The notes beneath the pieces were generated by a model. It made no database searches and was not told where the DNA came from. It saw only the letters and a program-made list of their open reading frames with translations. A stretch of DNA of 63,428 nucleotides, filler included, from Octopus bimaculoides (lineage: Eukaryota): NCBI RefSeq assembly GCF_001194135.2. It is 4 parts of 4 records of this genome, joined end to end, with 100 filler letters (N's around TTAATTAATTAA, not from the genome) between each part and the next. Parts side by side here need not be neighbours in the genome. Positions count along the whole stretch, not along the records: positions 1 to 31,896 come from NC_068983.1; 3 more parts are not named here. One strand, given 5' to 3'. Every line of letters begins with the position of its first letter. Positions within the stretch are counted from its first letter, which is position 1. Made by a program: the position numbers and the translations under genes. Shown here one piece after another: positions 11,673-25,240 of the stretch.

Positions 11673-14600
11673 TGTATGTATGCATGCATGCATGCATGCA
11701 TGCATGCATGTATGTATGTATGTATGTATGTATGTATGTATGTATGTACGTACGTATGTATTCATGTATTTTACTTCGGTAATTATTTAAATTTTAGCAA
11801 ATTGGAAATTTTAAAGTCGGGAGGTAGGGTTAAGATATAGTTGATTGCCTCAGCTCGTCTGATATATTTTATCGGCGTTAGAGGTATTAAAAGTAAACGT
11901 CAAGTCTAGCGAAATTTGAACTCTGAAGATAAAGGATCCTAACTTAAATACTGTTAGATATCTAGTTCGCCATTCTATAAATTCTGCGACTCCATATCAC
12001 CACAACCACTCCCCGCCTCCCCTATAGGAGGTGATTATCTTGACTGAATTAATTTTGCTTTAATCTTTCAAATGACTTGCGTATATGGTTTCAATTACGC
12101 TGTAAAAATGGGATACCACATGTCACTTCCGCTAAAGTTAGGGAGTGTCATAGAATGAGCGGTATGCTATTGATATGTTGCGTCTGTGACTTGATTTTAA
12201 TTCTCGATTAATGAAAATTTCGCTTGATATACGTTGTTAATAATGTATAGAATGGTAAGAACGTAACAATTCTCGCTTCAACACCTCTGAAACACAATGG
12301 TGCATTTGCACCTAGTTCAGCAGCGACACTCAACCAGCAAAGACAGGAGATAAGAAATCTGTTCACCTCCTATTTGAATCTTTTGTTTTTATCTTTTACT
12401 CGTTTCAGTCATTGGTCTACGGCCATGCTGGAACACCACCTTGAAGGGTTTTGTCGGACGACTCGACCTCAGTACATATTCTTCAGTCTGGTACTTATTC
12501 TATCGGTTTGTTTTGCCGAATCGTCAAGTTACGGGGACGTAAACAAACCAGCATCGGTTGTATAACGGTAGAGCTAGAGCTGGAACAGCACAAACATACA
12601 CACACGCACAAACACAAACATATACGATGGGCTTCCATACAGTTTTAGTCAGCCAAATTCATGCAGAAGGATTTGGTCAGCTCAGGGCTACAGAGGACGA
12701 AGGTGCCACGCAGTGGCACTGAATTCGAAACCACTTGATTCCAAAGCAAACTTCTAAATTACACAACCTGCTCCTACACCTGAAACTTTTTAAACTAATC
12801 ATTCTGTCTTGATTACGACTGCATTAGTATTTATTTTGAAATAAAATTCTTTTAGAATATTAACATCTCACAGAAGACTCCGATTTACAGGGGATAGGAA
12901 ACGATGTTTCTTATTTCGAAAGAGGGGCAACAGAAATGAAGTGAATCGGCACGCGAAACGGGTTTGTGGGACAAGTTCGCGAACCTTGCTCATATGATAG
13001 TCTAGGCGATCCTGCAAAACTATGAATACGCCATCTTGCCAAGAATTAACCAATGAAAATAAATACTACAGCGTTTTTTAAGTTAATGTCTTTTAAAAAC
13101 TCGATTTCACTTTCAAATACACATTTGAGAGTAAAATTCGTTGAAAATTAGCAGTCGAATATGTTATTTTCACAATGAATAGGGAATAGCTAATTTGAAG
13201 CCCACCTATCCTTAGACTAAAGTTGGAAACTAGCTTCCAATGAGTTACTTTCATTCTCTAACTTAAAAAACTCCATTTGATGTATTTTCTTCCATATATC
13301 TTTAGCAGTCGAATGTACAGATTCATTTCAACCCAAACCAAAAGATCCTAACAGTTATTACAGTGACAGCAAACGGTTACTTCAATGTTTTGGAAATGAT
13401 TGTCTTCTTTTTTTTCCTAAGTATGAAGCTTGACTTTTTTTTTTTTGTCTATAATATCTTCATCTGAGTCATTAGCAACGTAAATGAAATAGCTTGAAGC
13501 GAAAATCGAAATCGTATCTGCTTATCAGGAGCTAATGTATACTCTGCGACACTTCCACGTTTCAGAAATGATTTTTCATGTTGACTTAAAGCTTCACATT
13601 TGTAAGAGAACGCAAGAGAATGGGAAGGAGTGTAATCTATTGAACCAACTGTATGATATTACTGATACATATTTTATCAGTTTCGGAAAAACGAAATGTT
13701 TCTCGGTGAAATATGAAATCAGAACGCAAAAGGACGTAACTAAATACAATAGACATTCAACCCCACACGCTACAGTTTCTGTCATTCCACCATGTCCCCA
13801 GCTTTTTAATAATCATAACATTGAAATACACTAACCCGGCCTTTTAATGCCCTCCTGTTCAGTAACATTAGGCTAGATATCTCTGTTATTAATATTGGTT
13901 TCAAATTATCACACTAGACCAGTAGTTTCGGAATAGGAGTAAGTCGATTCAATCGACCCCAGTCTTCAAGTAGTACTTATTTTACTGGTACCCCGAAAGG
14001 ATGAAAGGCAAAGTCGACCTCGGCGGAATTTGAATGCAGAACGTAAAGACGGACGAAATGCTGCTAAGTATTTTGACCGGCGTATGGAATATTTAATGTA
14101 GCGAATGTGGCTGAGTCCTTTAGTTTCGTCTCTCCAGCGTCTGAGATCGGGGAGATTGACTTTGTTTCATCTCCTGTTGACAATAAAATAAAAGGATGGC
14201 AAAAAGTGGGATCCAATTTTTGAACTACAAAAATTGGTCCTGTACTCAAGAAGTTTATATATCTATTACCTGTTGAATACGACATTGATTAAGCATCTAT
14301 GCTAACTTACTACAGATATAACATGCAGAGCTTTATTTTATCTGCTTTCTTATAAATCATATAGTTATTTATTTACAAGGGTTTTGATCAAATTCTAAAT
14401 CACATGCATATCTTCCTCATTCTTCAATCTCATGTTTCCGTAACATTAAACAATTGATCAAAATTCTATCTGAAACAACATTTTGAAACTTTGTACTGCC
14501 TCTCAGTAAAACTTTATCAATAGAATGACAAGGTATTTACTACAATGCATTGATGTTAGCATGGCATAATAAATATACAATGCACTCAAATAAATTTAAA

Positions 14601-16964
14601 GCTTGACATTTAAGTACATTGCTGTGAGACTTAAACTAATAAGTAAAACTTTAAAATGTTTTAGAAAATGCTTTAGAATATGTATTGCCGAAGTAAAGCA
14701 GTCAATAAAAAAGAGATACTGAGCCTATTCAACTTTCCATGAAAAACTTTATCTGCAGTTTGAAGAGAAATTTTGCCAGGTGGAAAATAACTGCTTTCAG
14801 GGTCGATTCGATGGTGCAATCCCGTCGAAATTAAAGAGCGCCACAAAGTTTTTTTTTAATAACGGCCCGGCAGATGTATAAGTTCCCGCTCTGGCCCTCC
14901 GGTCTGATATACAGGTTGAAATCCCTCTTCAGTATCATTGGTCCCGTCTGTAATAATTTCATTCCGTTGAATACAGAGAATATAGCATTGACTATCGGTT
15001 AGTAGACTAGAATCGCATCGAGCAGATGATTTGCTATCGGAGTAATTTTAGAGATAGGGGAGATAACCGCCAACTTTACAATTTGATGCTATAAGTTTGT
15101 TGTGATATCAATTCCACATTCATCGTATGGCGTACAAATCTAAATATATTATATGAGTCAGCAGAGCACGTTGATATACACTGAAGTGTACTGATTCAAT
15201 TCCAAATAATGAATGTTCCTTCGCGCCTGACAGTGGTTTCTTTCATGTGTATCTAATTTTGAAAAATCTTATTTTTATCTTCCTACTAATTTTATCATTA
15301 AATGTCTACAAAAAACATTAAAAATATAAGTTCTGTCGAGGACCGTCAAAAAATTTCCGAGTCGACATTTGTACAGATTGGCTTTTTTAAAATGTTATAT
15401 TTGATAGAATCCTGGTGACCTTGTCATGGGCCAATTATAGAAAAAGGCTGAAACCAAAAACCTTTGCTGTTAGATAGACTTGAGCAGATAATCTATCCAT
15501 TGCATTCTTTTGTCTCTCTCCCATTTACACCCAAAAAGTTTTGTCAAGTAACTGAACATTATATTTTCTTCTTAGGCGGCTAGCTGGCAGAACCGTTAGT
15601 GCGCTGGACAAAATGCAATAGCAGCAGTTCTTCCAACTTTACGTTCTGAGTTCACTGCCGAGGTCGAATTTGCCTTTCATCCTTTTGGGGTCGATAACAT
15701 AAATACCAGTTGAATACTGAGGTCAATTTAATCGACTAGGCCCCTCCCATAATGTTTCAGGACTTGTGTCTATAATAGAAAGAATTACTTGAAGATCAGC
15801 GAAGCTTTTCATAAGATATATACCTTTCCCGCACATATACAAAACTTTCAGTGCCTTTTTGGTTGTAATCGCTGTACTTCCGGTCATGCATGTACAAATA
15901 CACTTCATATCATACATAAACGAAAAAGTCAACTGGTGATAAATATAATGTTACTACTATGCTTGTCTATGACTCACTTTAGTAGAGCCGTGCGGTACAT
16001 TTTGGTGGCTGAGGAAAGCAGCCCAACATTTTAATTATAATACGCTTCTTGATTGCAGTTTTACATTAGTTCTATCAAGAGGAAGATAGACAGACAGACA
16101 GACAGATAGATAGATAAAAAGAATGTGAGAGAAAATAGGAGGAAGAGAGATGAAAGTGTAGTGATGAATTACGTCATAGATATGGCATTAACACTCCTAT
16201 ATTACTTTAAAATATATAGCAGTACACCTTTTAAAAATATTATCATACATACGAGTGTGTGTGTGTGTGTTGAAACTGTTGAATACGTTTTGAACATAAA
16301 TGTAATTTAAAATCTTATATAATAATCAGAAGCATTTATCAATGTATGATCGTCCATATCGATCTTCCCCAGAATATTATGTTCATCATATTCTCTAAAG
16401 TTAGGTGATCTAAGGCTTGTAGAAGGAAGTGTACTATTTACAGATAACAGAACACATGCAGGGAGTTTGAACTTGATGTTAATGAACTAACGGGCCAATA
16501 AATTATCTGCTTAGCTGTTTCCTTTACTGATAACATTAAAAGAGATTTTACATTCAATTACAATATTCGAGTGCTATCTCCTCAGACATTGCGTTGTATC
16601 TCAGAGGAGGACACTTTTAGTCATTGTGTATCATTTCACATGACAGTAGGAAATAAACACCGTATTTTTTCAGTTATTTACTTGTAATAAATAGACGTTA
16701 TGTCCAAGAGAAGATTCTTTTCTGATCCACTTAACTCTTACGAATAATAGAAAATAAGTCAGACGAGCTTAGTATCATGTATTTGATACTAGCTGCAGTC
16801 TGGCTTATGTCTCATTTGACCATTTTGTGTTGATGAGGAACATATTTGTATATACATGGCCATCGTGTAATAATATATTGCTTTCAAGGATGTCCTGAAA
16901 TGTAACACTCTATATTTGTTTGACATTTACCTCTAGGTACATAGAATAAGCTGATCAATGAGAG

Positions 16965-16969
16965 AAAGT

Positions 16970-17066
<97 letters not shown>
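16965..17066. repeat. (GA)n microsatellite
   Basis: Visible directly. Confidence 0.95.
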
Positions 17067-18029
17067 CGATACCTAACGAAAAAGCATTACAGAAAGTGAA
17101 ATATCATCCATGTGGATATTTATCGATAATAGAGTAATACGCGCGTATAAGCCTCCAGGCTCATTTAACGTGACAAGCCAGGTTGGGTAATATTTTTCAT
17201 AAGCATTTCATGTGTTGCAAATAAACTCGATAGAAATTGAATTTCTAGGCTTCGAGACACCCAATACAAAGTCGGCTCCTAACGTTCTTAGAAAACTATT
17301 TAACCAACCATTGGAAGGAGAGAGAGAGAGAGAGAAGTTTGTTTGAAACTTGTACCTTATCTAGTATTGGAGACTACTAGGACCAGCCATATGGAGCTAA
17401 AAGTCGAGCTGTTGCAATATTTGCTGAAAGAAATTTCATCATTGAAATAGTAAGCGAAATTTAGTTTTGTATTATACAAATCGACTTCGTGGTTTTTGAT
17501 CTTTGTGACGAGGTTGAACTTAACTATAGTTGTGAGGGTCAATTCTTGAATTTGACTACTTCGTTTACATTAAAATAATAATCAAGTTAGCAAGGATATT
17601 AAACACACCATTGGAAGGTATATTTGCTAATTTAACAATTAAATTTATGAATATCATTATTTGTTTTCGCATTTATATTCTGCTATTTGTATTTTATTGG
17701 CAAATATTAATATAACATCTCTATGTACATAGTTTTTCTTGGCCCCCTTTTAAAGTTTAAATCCTTTCAAAGTCTACTTTATCTGGATCGATACAATAAA
17801 GTACTACTCAACTATTGAAGTTCAATACTCAATTTAACTGACACCTTTAAAGAGCTGGCCTGTGCCAATGTAAGTGGCTAACTTTACCTTTCATTCTTAC
17901 GTAGTCGATAAAATAAAGTACCAGTCAAGTTCCAGAATGGATGAAATCGACTAAACTCTCTCCTCCCAAATTTCTGGCCTAATTTAATTAGCAGTTATTT
18001 ATCTTGAGGTTTGATAACCGCAAGTCTCC

Positions 18030-18200
18030 TCAAATCTCCAGAATCTTTCTTAGGATTTTTGTAGAATATAGGATGGTACTTTTCTGCAGGTAGACAACGT
18101 GAGTTTCAATTCCAATCTCTTCCTGCCGTTTAACTAACATTTTTGGTGTTGTACCAAGTGCACCATTTAACACAGAAATAATTGTTTTCTTGAACGATGT
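18030..18200 (-). mobile_element. R4/Dong-type non-LTR element, 3-prime endonuclease remnant
   Basis: GALGTTPKML...EEIGI....LQKSTILYSTKILRKILE, typical of the C-terminus of a restriction-like endonuclease (REL). Confidence 0.65.
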
Positions 18201-18299
18201 CACCGTCAGTGTGTTGGCACGCTGGAAATCAATCAAGCGGTTTGAATCTTTCTGGAGGAATACCAAGAAGTGATGGCGGAATATATCAACCGTGACAAG

Positions 18300-19400
18300 T
18301 CAGTGGACTTGCACCTCGGCCCTTGGAAAGGCATGCTCACATGGGACGGTGATTTTAGTTGCTGGACATAATACTCAGTTAAGATGCTCGAGTTTGGTTC
18401 AATTCAAATCTCCATAAATGGATAAAATGTGAGAATAGATCGCGAGCAGAATGTCCAACCTCACTCAAATGGGATGTTTCTGAAAACTAGGACAGAAACA
18501 TTTAACGTTTATACCTCTTCGGAGTATAAGGTTAAATATTCTATTGTGTGCAAGGAAGCACCTGGCCAGGTTGGAGCGTATGCTCTTATGTTTCTAATGG
18601 TTCTGTTTGTTAAGAGACTCAACTGCTGTCAACACCCACTGCAAGTGGGCCTCGGGATGCTGTGGCTGGTGATGCGCAAGCACCCGCTGAATACGACACT
18701 TATGCAGAGATTTTTAAACGACAATGGCACTGAACAGGCATGGCGATCGTTCGTGCGACACGTCTTTCCTCAGTTCTTCTCTTTGCTCGAGTTGCAAACC
18801 TGAGTGAAGCTTAGATTGAATTTGAGCCGTTAACATTTGGAATGCCAACAGGTGCTCACAGTACTCTACCAGTTGGACTATATGTCGGTGGAAAGTCAAC
18901 TCTCGCGTTCTTTAGAGTGACGATAGTCTAGGAGTGACAAAGACAGTTTGAATAGTGTCTTCTGGAGGACCTTCAGGTTGGTATTTATATGTAATTTCTA
19001 AAGGTCTATGGCCTGGCAGTTTTACAGGAGGATTTGCCTGTTTGAGATAAACTCTACAGGCATGGGCGTATAGGATCCATCAGTAACCGAATCAGTCCAA
19101 AATGCGAACGGAGTGACGAAACTGTCCGACATGTATTCGTTGCCTGTACATTGTTTATTTGTGAATTTATGTTCAACAGCTGTTATCCTGTAATTTACAA
19201 ACCTGGCTATCAGCCAAGATCGTAAAGGTCCAACCACCACTTTCTGTTGGCAAAGAAAAATAGACAATACTTTTTTTTCTGTCTGGTGACTGTGCCGAAA
19301 GATGGTTGCTTGGTGGACACGGTTGAAAGCTTTGAGGATAGAACTTTTCCTGTCTGGACAATCTCTTACTATCTTCTTTAAACACCACTTAAAGAAGCAC
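18300..19400 (-). mobile_element. Highly decayed LINE-like relic (possibly I-clade with RNase H)
   Basis: Broken frames only weakly resemble the ...TSPVESLY... and RNase H motifs. Shares an exact 19-mer with 25702-25720. Confidence 0.3.
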
Positions 19401-19734
19401 TGAAGATAGATAGAAAAATGCTACCCTCCAATAAATTTTATGAAAGGTGGGCGTGAGTAGTAAAACAGGCGCGATGAATAAGCGTTGCATACACTATGAG
19501 GTTGGAGGCTGGTATCAAGAATTAGAAAGTAAACCTTTGGTTTTCTCAATGCTATTTATTATTATTAATGTGATTTTATTGTTGATCACACCCGCTTACT
19601 AGATGTAAATGCCCCATTGTTTCTTATTTGTTGTTTTTCAGGGTATTCCAGTTCTGTACTCTCCCGAAACTCTTAGGTCGCTGTGCCCAATGAAAAAAAA
19701 AAAATTGTTGAAAGCAGAATTATTATTGAAGGAC

Positions 19735-20312
19735 TGGCGGTATTTCGTCTGCCGCTACGTCCTGAGTTCAAATTCCACCGGGGTCCATTAACTAAGTAGC
19801 AGTTGAGAAATGGGGTCGATGTAATCGACTAGTTCCCTCCCCACAAATTTCAGGCTTTGTAGAAAGGATTATCATTGTTATTATTATGGCGGCGAACTGG
19901 TAGAATCGTTAGCGCGCTGGTCAAAATGCTTAGCGGTATTTCGCCCGTCGCTATGTTCTGAGTTCAAATTCCGCCGAGGTTGACTTTGCCTTTCATCCTT
20001 CGAAGTCGATAAAACAAGTACTAGTTGAACACTGGGGTCGAAGCAATCGACTCATCCCCCTCCCACAAAATGGCTCCCCCTGTGGGAAAATTTGAAACCG
20101 TTATTATTGTTGTTGTTGAGGTGATGATTGTCAGAGCATCAGAAAAAGTATTTTGAGGTCATTGCTACAGTTCTTCACATTTTGAGTTCAAATCTCACCA
20201 AAGTCAACTGTACTTTTCAAACCAAAGCGGTCGATTAAAATAAATTACCAGTTAAGTACTAATCCTCCATCCCCTCATCAAAATTATTAGCCTGGTGCTG
20301 AAATTAGAAAGA

Positions 20313-20358
<46 letters not shown>

Positions 20359-20618
20359 AGGCGGCGAGCTGGCAGTATCGTTAGCGCGCTGGACGACATG
20401 CTTAGTGGTATTTCGCCTGTCGCTACGTTCTGAGTTCAAATTCCGCTGAAGTCGACTTTGCCTTTCATCCTTTCGGGGTCAATAAATTCAGTACCAGTTG
20501 AACACTGGGGCCGATGTAATGGACACATCCCCTCCCGCAAAATTGCTGCCCTTTTGGCAAAATTAGAAGACGTTATTATTATTATTATTATTATTATAGT
20601 AGTAGTAGTAGTAGTAGC

Positions 20619-20655
<37 letters not shown>

Positions 20656-20870
20656 AGGCAGCGAGCTGGCAGAATCGTTAGCACGCTGGACGAAATGCTT
20701 AGCGGTATTTCACTCGTCGTTACTTTCTGAGTTCAAATTCCGCCGAGATCGACTTTACCTTTAATCCTTTCGGGCTCGATAAATTAATTGCCAGTTGAAA
20801 TCTAGGGTCGATGTAATTGACACATCCCCTCCCCCAAAATTGTTGCGCTTGTGACAAAATTTGAAACGAT
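19735..20870 (+). mobile_element. Head-to-tail chain of five SINE family A copies (GGCGGCGAGCTGGCAGAATCG...GAGTTCAAATTCC...GGGGTCGAT) separated by trinucleotide microsatellites
   Basis: Copies start at about 19735, 19888, 20120, 20359 and 20656, all on +, with (ATT)n, (CTA)n or (AGT)n between them. Confidence 0.8.
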
Positions 20871-20897
20871 TATTATTATTATTATTATTATTATTGT

Positions 20898-21500
20898 TAA
20901 GTAGTTTTATTTTTATAACGTGCTTTCACTTCACTACCGAGCGCAGCTCTGTGCGCCTTGGGTATGTGCTGTGGTTTGCTGTGGTGCTCTTATGTTTACT
21001 GTATTGAAAGTGTTTTGCGTAGAATGTGTGCAGTACCCAGTAGTGCAATTTTCTGTATGTTATATATATTTGTAAGTCCTGGTGTTTTTGTTATGTATTT
21101 GTCTGAATATTTTTTTATTATACCTAAGGCACCTACTATGATAGGAATTGTTTCTGTTTTTAGACTCCACATTCGAGTTATCTCTATTTCCAGGTCTTTG
21201 TATTTTGAAAGTTTTTCCATTTCTTTTCGAGAAACGTTGTCATCTGCTGGTATTGATACATCAATTAGAAAGCATTTTTTTTCTTCATGATCTTTGACAA
21301 CTATATCTGGTCTATTTGCCTTAATTTCTCTATCTGTGTGTATTGGCATATCCCAGAGTATGGTTGCTTTCTCGTTTTCTGTGACCTTTTCTGGCGTGTG
21401 TTTAATACCATCTTTTTTCTGTTGTTATTCCATAGTGTTGGCATAGCTTCCAGTGTATATAGGAGCTTCCAGTGTATATAGGAGCTTCCAGTGTATATAG

Positions 21501-21501
<1 letters not shown>
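20898..21501 (-). mobile_element. 5-prime-truncated R4/Dong-type non-LTR retrotransposon with an intact REL endonuclease reading frame, flanked by (TAA)n
   Basis: RPDIVV...IDVSIP...EKLSKYKDL...PIIVGALG...QKIALLGTAHILRK PD-(D/E)xK motif, then a 3-prime UTR. (TAA)n lies on both sides. Confidence 0.9.
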
Positions 21502-21558
<57 letters not shown>

Positions 21559-21739
21559 GTTGGCTTTGCTTTAATTCATACAAACTGCAGCCAAGTCTCA
21601 ATCAGAGACGTTAAAGGACAAGACAACAATATTTTGCTTCTTCTAAAGATGCTAACAAGTGAAGTACCATGCAGTCAAAAAGAACTGATTGTCTGTGAAA
21701 AAAAAAGTTAAAAGAAAGATAAAAATCTCTTTATAAAAT

Positions 21740-22860
21740 ATATAGCACTGAACTAGTAAGATAATATTTACATAGGGAGGAATTTAAGTAAAATACGTGA
21801 AGTACCCATAATAAATTTGATCTTTTGCAATTCACTCATTTGGGGGCTGTTAAGAATTTGGTCTACATATTTGTTTGCTCCTTTTGATATCATTCTAGGT
21901 GTTCCAATAACAATAGGTAATGATGCTGCTTTGAGATGCTATTCTTCTGATTTCTATCTCCGAGACCTTATATTTACTCAATTTATTAAAACGTTTTCAG
22001 AGATGTGGTTTTCTGTCTTTTCAGCATGACTTTTTCCCTAATGATACACGGTCGCTTACCCTCTATTGCCCAAACAGTCTGAACAGTGAAATTCCGAAGG
22101 ATGGTAACTTTTAGTGGTTTGTTTTCTCACTAATCATCTTTGTGAGAAAAGTTGTGTGTGCGGCGTATTGACCAGTCTGTATACTGAGCTGCTCTATCAA
22201 GGTTTTTGCTCGTACTCCGTTGGTGCCAGTCGGCCGCATCCCGAGATTATGTGATCGATTGTCTCTAGATGTTCTCCGCATACGCGACACGATGGGCTGC
22301 TTTTATGTTTTAGAACATTACATTGGTAATTTCTTTGTTGGAAGACACTGATCCTGAACAGCAATAATATGACTCTCAGTTTCTGGCTTTAGACCAAAGC
22401 ATATACGCTACTGATTGATGAGGGTTTTGTCTACATCAGGGCTTCTGACTCTTATCGCTTATTTGTCAAGTAGTAGTTTTTGTTCCCATTTCTCCTTAGT
22501 AGGCTAGTTTGTTTGGCTATATCTTTTTTTGCTTTGCTTTGTCAGTTGGGGTCACATTTTCTTCGAGTACTGGTACGTCTAGTTGCATTTCTCAAAGGTG
22601 TATTATTGCATTTTCGTCACTGAGTGCAACTTTTCGTTATCTTCATGTCTGAGAACCAACTTTAACATTGAGTTGTTTGCGTATTGCAGGTCGGCAGAAA
22701 GTTTTATGTCTGTAATCTTCAATGTGAATTGAAATTGTATTAATCCTCGAAGGCTAATTCGGTATATGTCTTCTTTTGGGCGATGTATACGATGCATTGT
22801 TCCCTTTCTGTTCATTGTAATGCTAGATTGTGTTCTGCGAATCTCACTGGGCAGCATGAA
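21740..22860 (-). mobile_element. Older degenerate R4/Dong-type copy (post-RT region, CCHC knuckle, REL)
   Basis: MHRIHRPKEDI, GLKPETESHIIAVQDQCLP, CRVCGEHLETIDHIISGC, PIVIGT...ELQKI..MGTSRIL, with many stops. Confidence 0.8.
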
Positions 22861-22889
22861 TGAAAATGGTCTGCTACTCTATCCAAGAA

Positions 22890-23620
22890 TTGGATAGAGT
22901 AGCAGACCAATATCTCACGGATCTCGACTTTGCAGACGACTATGCAATCACCACAGAAGCAATGTCAGATGTAGAATCATCGCTGCAATCTCAAAGAAAA
23001 AATGCAACACTAGTGGGACTCTGCTGAAATAAGGGGAAAACTGAATACATCTCCACCAGTCCTTAAACTTCCGACGAAATCATCAAGAGAGTGAAAGACT
23101 TCAAATATCTTGGAGCACATATTGTGAACTCACAAAAGAATTTTCGTGTTTGAAAAGCACTGGTATGGGAGGCTTGCAATAAACCAGACAAGATATGGCG
23201 CAGCAACTCAAACAACAAAATAAAAACTGAGCTATTTCAAACCAATTTTGATGTATGGGGCTGAAACTTGAATATTAACAACCTCCTTCGCAGAACAAAA
23301 CATACACTAGAGAGAGCATGCCACTCTACAGCAAATATATGGAAAGTTGAAGCCGGTATCTATGTGTTTAGGTCAGAACCAACTAGAATTAGGTGGTCAT
23401 TGTTATCGAGCAGATAGAGAGATCGTTTCTTCCCTCTTTCAGAGGCCGACAGGAAGAGTCTAACTCACTTTCCTAGACGTCATTGTGCGCGACTCAGAAA
23501 TTGCCATCAATGAACTTAGAGTTGTAATAAAGATCAAGAGGAGTGGAAGTTGATCATACTATGAATCCCGACTGGTTGGGATTGGATGTTCAACCACGTC
23601 GAAAGATGATGATGATGATT
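22890..23620 (+). mobile_element. RTE-type LINE 3-prime fragment
   Basis: YLTDLDFADD RT motif, KRVKDFKYLG, YGAET, and a (GAT)n tail at about 23605-23619. Confidence 0.8.
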
Positions 23621-24519
23621 GTCATCAACTTTCGGATTTTGACATCAACTTTGTTGATCTCAGAGATGGACCAGTTTTTAATATTATAATCTCAGTTAAC
23701 TGTGCTTCAATAGACCCATGGTACAAAGATAAAAAATTTGATATATGATGTCCAGTGTGTTGTGTAGGTCAGTATTTCTGTTTGAGGCCAATCTGTACTT
23801 TCTTTGGTTGCGTTATTTCAAAATGTAGGATTAAAGCATGCATTCTCATTTTAAAACTAAAAGGAACTTGTTGAAAAAGATTTTGGTTGTAATGTATTAA
23901 ACTTATAAGGTGACTACATAGAAGCTCTATCGCTGAGTCATCATCGTTGGGTGATGTAATAGTTTGGCTGCGCTATGACGTAGCGTAGGTTCCCATCGAA
24001 TCGAGTCAGCAACATGCTCAAAATTCCCATATGACAGTGTAATACTGTTGCTAACCTCCATCATGGATACAACAATCTATTGCTGGTTCTCCCTATAACA
24101 AAACAATTCTATTGAATTAAAATCCTGCCGGAATCAGCATTGTTTTTTCTTTCTTTCGATTCTTAAAACAACAAGCGTCACCTAAAACACAGAAAAAAAT
24201 TCAATCTTTCTCTACTGCAAAAGAAAAAAAATATGTATTAATAATAAATAGATAAATCTTTCACTGCTGCAGTTATTGTTAGTTTATTCTGCAATATATG
24301 TCGAGATTACGAAGCGAAAGAGTGGAGGCGAAGGGAGATAAACAAGTGCACAAATTACCAAAATTCAACCTATGAATTACTTGATATGCTTATATTTTGT
24401 ATTGAAAGAAAAGACGATAAATATTTAATAAAGAGAGAAATTAACGAACGAAATATTCGATAAATGCTGTAGAATTTTACTTCTGTCTTCGTTATCATAT
24501 CCCAACAATACATTTTGGC

Positions 24520-25240
24520 AAAATTCGCACGCCGCGCAAAATGCTTAGTGGTATTTCACCTGTCTTTACATTCTGAGTTCAAATACCGCCGAAGTTGATT
24601 TTGCCTTTCATCCTTTCAGGGTCGATAAATTAAGTAGCAGCAAAACACTGGAGTCGATGTAATCGTCTTGTTCCTTCCCCTAAAATTGCTGCCCTTGTGG
24701 CAAAATTAGAAACCTTTATTATAATCATTATTATATTAATGCGGTAAGCTGGCAGACTCGTTAGCATGCCAGGCGAAATGCTTAGCGATATTTCGTCTGC
24801 CTCTACGTTTTGAGTTCAAATTCCACCGAGGTCGACTTTGCCTTTCAACCTTTCGGGGTCGATTAAATAAATATCAGTTACGCGTTTGTGGGGACGATGT
24901 AATCGACTTAATCCTTTCCCCCAAGATGTCCTTTATTATTTAAGGCGGCGAGCTGGAAGAATCGTTAGCGCGCCGGACGAAATGCTTAGCGGTATTTCGT
25001 TCCATCGCTACGTTCTGAGTTCAAATTCCACCGAAGTCGACTTTACCTTTCGTCCTTTCGGGGTCGATAAATTAAATACCAGTCAAGTACTGGAGTCGAT
25101 GTAATCGACTTGTCCCTTCCCCGCAAATTTCAGGCCTTGTTCCTACAGTAGAAAGGAATTATTATTATTATTTAAGGCGGCGAGCTGGAAAAATCTTGAC
25201 CGCGCCGGACGAGATGCATAGCGTTATTTCGCCTCATCGC
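24520..25240 (+). mobile_element. Second head-to-tail chain of four SINE family A copies
   Basis: Copies start at about 24520, 24741, 24943 and 25176, all on +. Other family A copies at 13942-14077 (-), 15585-15735, 26390-26640, 30660-30800, 44200-44415 (-) and 56935-57270 (-). Confidence 0.8.
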
